From Entomortierella parvispora E1425 (lineage: Eukaryota; Fungi; Mortierellomycota): DNA of 64,000 bases. Both the position numbers and the translations under genes were made by a program. Of this stretch, positions 60,016-64,000 are shown piece after piece. Below the pieces are notes generated by a model, which was not told the DNA's origin, did not search any database, and saw nothing but the letters and a program-made list of their open reading frames with translations. Positions within the stretch are counted from its first letter, which is position 1; each line of letters starts with the position of its first letter. The stretch covers positions 186,001-250,000 of the forward strand of contig BQFW01000002.1 in the NCBI GenBank assembly GCA_020891255.1. The letters run 5' to 3'.

Positions 60016-61987
60016 ATGTCCTCATACTCCTCCCACACCTCTCCTCACAATTCACATTCCGCGTCCACTGGCGGGGGTCCTCCCCGGCCAGGCGCGTTCT
60101 CGTCCCGGACCCAGAGCAGCGGAAGCAACACATACAACGCGACGCGCTCGTCACCGTCCCCGACTCCCTATTCTCCACCCATGAGCCATCACAGCTATTC
60201 TTCTTCCTCTAATAATAATAATAACATCAACATCAACACAGGCACCTCTGGGGCTGCGACCCATGGGCCCATAGACGACCAAGGGTTCTCGCAAATCTAT
60301 GCAGTCGACTATTCCTCCAACCAGTCCAATGCGTCGACCACCGCCCCAACGTCGCCAACGACCACACTCTTTAGCTCACACACTCCAGCACGGGGTAATT
60401 CCCCCGCAATGGCCTTCTCAAACACGCCACTGCCCACACCGACAAAGTGGAAGAAGTTCCGACTTCGCGTAATGAAGATGGCGACGGTCGAGCGCCTGCA
60501 GCTGCTCTGGGCGTTGCTGGCTATTCTGGGCACCATCTCCTGGATAGCCCTCATGCCAGCGCTTGGGTTCAGGTATGTACAAACAAAAATAAGCATTCGA
60601 CAAAGACAGAAGCGACAACAACAACAACAACAAACATCCTCAACGCGGGTTTATTTGATTGTATTGCGATTGTTGGATGATATCGGTTCAGTTCAATTGC
60701 TCACAGTCGTTCTTTCATTGTGTTGCACCTGTTGTCCGTGGACTTTTATAGACATAAGGTCGACGACAAGATGTTCAAAGTTTCGGTGTATACGTTTTGT
60801 AAGTACCTCTCCCCCGCCACCGAGTGTTGACAGCGGAGGTCTTTGACACCAGATGCTCGACGATCTCAAAAAGAACAAGGCTCTTTTTATCTCGCCGAGG
60901 TAGCAAACTAACGATCCGTTCGTTCCTTTTCTTGCTTTCTTCTATATCCGTATTTTTAGTTTTGGTGGCCACCATTGGTACCTCCCTCTCAGCCATCTGG
61001 CAGTCTCTGTGTCCTTTTCTGATCCGACAAAGTCAACGGGCACTCTTGCCCCGGATCATCAATCACCCCGCAACACAGACAGCCACCATTCTGATCTCTG
61101 TGATCTTGACCATTCTCAACTTCTTCAGTTGGATCATTTTGGCGTCCAATGAGGACGCCGGAGCAAAGACCAACTGTCAAGAAGGTCCCTTGTCCAAAGA
61201 AGCAGGATACACGGCCCAGTGTCGCGGTGTCAATGTTGCAGTTGCAACGGATGCAGTGGTGTTCTTGCTTTGGATCCCCATCTCGGTCGTCATTGTTTGT
61301 GGTACAATTGAGCGTGGGTTGTGGTGGTGGGGCGAAGACGATGGCTGGGCCCAGAACGAGGCCATTGTCGGTGGCTCTAACATGATGTCAGAGGAAGAGT
61401 TTGATATGAAGATTGGCATGGGCGGCAGCAAACAAATCCAGAGACGCCAGACGGTCCATCCTGACAACCAAGCAATCTCGTCTCCTCGTCAAGAGATGGT
61501 GATGATTCAACAACCCAAGCCAGCTTTTGTGACCCCGATCGCGTCCCAGTTCCGATCGACCTCCTCCATGGGTTCTCCCAACGGAGGTATGTCCAGTCTC
61601 GAGAATGCAGATGATGAGGAGGATTATACCAACTTTACACCCTCCAGTTACAGAAAGCATCATCGTCAGAGACAGCAACAATCGGAACCCAGGCGGTTGA
61701 CAAGACGGGCTTCCAGTAATTCATTGTCAAGTCGACTTTCGACCTTCTTTGGTGCTGGATGGAGCGGAGGTTCAATGCCAGAGCCAGACCAGATGCCAGC
61801 AATGCCCGAGATGCCATCCCAATACCGTCAACATCAACAGCAATCTAACAGTTCTGTAAAACCACAACAGCAAAGAAAGAACAATTCCAAGGCTGAGGTT
61901 GCAAAAGAACAAAAGGAAGAAGAGGAAGACACTGGGCCATTGCATGGCGCAGAGTACTCCGCGCAATGGCATTCGCGTTGGGCATAG
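60016..61987 (+). CDS. Four-TM membrane protein (MARVEL-like topology) with disordered termini
   Basis: Exons 60016-60572, 60752-60798, 60960-61987, frame-consistent. Four hydrophobic helices; extracellular-type loop NC..(14)..QC; Ser/Gln-rich tails. Family assignment is tentative. Confidence 0.72.
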
Positions 61988-62976
61988 ACTAGTTCCTACG
62001 TGTCGTGTTTTCTATATATTACTAAACGGTGGCTGATTGCCCCATCCTACATCATTTGTGCCTAAAGCCATGTGGCACCTCTCTTCCCTTTTATGAATGT
62101 GATCGGTACCTCGCCCGGTATACGAATTACCATCTTATAGGGCTCATGAAAGCGTGATCTCCTGAACGTTACCATCGAGCAGCAGTGGGCCAGAAAACAG
62201 GATATGTTTGTTAATAAGGGCGGGCTGTGTTTAAAACATAACCATGTCCGAGAGAAAAAGTGAGATACCGTTTGCCCGGTAGGTTGAATCCACCCGAGAG
62301 TGAGGTGACGGATGGGATTGGGCGCATCCGAGTGTCATGGCCAAGAAAAAAAAAGCACTCAATCTCCAGGAATAAACCACAGGTGTGCTTGGGGGGGATT
62401 TGTCAGATGTGGTGAGGCAATTTCATTTATATTGACAGGTCGGGCGTCGAAAGAAGTTTGAATGGGTGACTTTCTTTCATTGTCAAGCTAGTGGGCGGGC
62501 TGTGCGACTTGCTATGGGGGAGGGATAAATATGCCCATTTTTGGGACTGAGCAAGAGAGCACTCAATGAAAAAACAAATGTCATGGCGTTCGCGGCTGTT
62601 GGTACCAATTGCCCCCAAGGTACAACCAGCCCAGAGCTCGTTTTTCTTTTCCAGAGGCAATTCGAAGAGATTCTATTTTGGTCGCACCGCCACGCCTCCA
62701 GGGACAACAGGCGGTGAAGCCAAGGACAGCGATCAAGGCCGAGGGTCGCTCCTCTGCGCCTTGTACCTGGCTGTCTTGGCGGGATGGTCAACGGGATGAG
62801 AAAAAAAACCATATAAAAGTCGAACGAAGGTCGCACATCTTGGATTCCTTTTCTCTCGTTCTTTCCTTCCTTTCTTCACCCACTCTCTCCATCCAAACAA
62901 CGCTCGTCAGCTTCACCGCGTCTCGCTCTTCTTTTCCCCCTCCACCTTCACCTTCACCCACACTCACACATAAACA

Positions 62977-63793
62977 ATGTCGGCCGCTCTTCCTCCTGGC
63001 TGGTAAACGCTCTCCCCATCCTCCAATTCCCAATGCTTGACGAGCCACTTTGGCTCGTCTCAATTGCACAGCCTACTCACCTCGACCTACCTCTGTTTGC
63101 ATCCTCTGATTTCTCCCTACAGGACTTCGCAGTTCGACCCCCAATCCCAGAGATACTTTTACATTGGTAGGTTCCTCTATCGGAGGCAGTTAGTAGTGTT
63201 GCACCCACGCTTTCAACGAAACCACACTGTAGCCCCAGCCCATGTTGTTGTTTTCTGACGCCCTCTTCAATTGCTCACTGTGCGTCTGTAGAAATTGCCA
63301 CCGGCCGGAGAGAATGGGATCACCCCTCGCGATTCGTCGCCATGGGTGCAGCCTACCCTCCTCCTTACCCCCAGCCCTACGGAGCTCCTCAACCTGTTTA
63401 TGGCGCTCCCCCCGCTCCATATGGATCGCCCTACGGAGCTCCTCAATATGGCATGCAGGCCCCAACGACAGTGATTGTGGAGGAGGGTCGCCACCATCAT
63501 CACCATCATCACCGATATGACAACGAGATCATCATCCAGGAGCAGGTCATTGTTCCCCAGCCTCAATATGTCATGCAACCTCAGGTGGTAGAGGTCGATG
63601 TTATCCGTCCCCACCACCACCATCATCATCATCACGACCTCGTAAGTGAGCGTTTTTCGTTGTCTATGGACTTTGCCTTTCACATTTTGTGAAGAGGTGA
63701 CCTGATAACCCTGGCGTGTTTTGAAACGTGCTCAAGGAACTTACCACGCTATTTCTTTTTGACCATTTTTCGTAGAACATCGAGTTCTTTTAA
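62977..63793 (+). CDS. Small WW-domain protein with PPxY, Tyr/Pro/Gly repeats and two poly-His tracts (Wwm1-like), 145 aa
   Basis: Exons 62977-63002, 63123-63166, 63292-63641, 63776-63793. Spliced: MSAALPPGWTSQFDPQSQRYFYIEIATGRREWDHP (canonical WW), then YPPPY, PYGAP repeats, H7 and H8. Confidence 0.88.
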
Positions 63794-64000
63794 AGGAAGT
63801 TGACAAGTAGCCTCGGCATGGATTCCAAGATCGCTGTTCCGGAGTAGTCAATCTTTATTTCTCGGTTCGCTTGTTCATCTGGCAATCTGGCGCCGTCAAC
63901 CATTCGCTCGCAGAAACCAGTTTCCTTGCAAAAAAAAAAAAAAAAAAAAAAAAAAAGGAAAAAAAAAAGGATAAACCATCCGCCTTGCCCGCTCAAGGTT

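Overview
Gene-dense eukaryotic (fungal) DNA with short GT-AG introns and long A/T homopolymers. Gene content and style suggest an early-diverging fungus, probably Mortierellaceae/Mucoromycota (inference). I reconstructed 24 protein-coding genes, most by splicing exons by hand and checking frame: two tandem omega-class GSTs, BCS1, a TMEM128-like gene, a PTM1/GPR107-like gene, RTF2, a PHD/EGLN-like 2OG oxygenase, a metazoan-type 4E-BP, MUB1/samB, an alpha-arrestin, RPS17, a VTC-type DUF202 protein tail-to-tail with VTC4, an FLVCR-like MFS transporter, CDC50, PGK, HDHD2, two ML-domain paralogues, mitochondrial IF3, a single-pass receptor-like protein, a 4-TM protein, a small WW/poly-His protein and one hypothetical protein. 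There is also one tRNA-Trp flanked by TCGA-rich repeat arrays. No intact transposon, rRNA or CRISPR array was seen. The best lead is a polyphosphate (VTC) gene pair: VTC4 plus an atypical Vtc1-like subunit with a long disordered N-terminus that shares an intron position with it. Other leads are a fully motif-complete 4E-BP, a GC-AG-spliced ML paralogue that lost both cysteines of one predicted disulfide, and a WW protein carrying its own PPxY ligand and two His tracts. These last three are largely invisible in the ORF track. All gene models are manual and lack transcript support.
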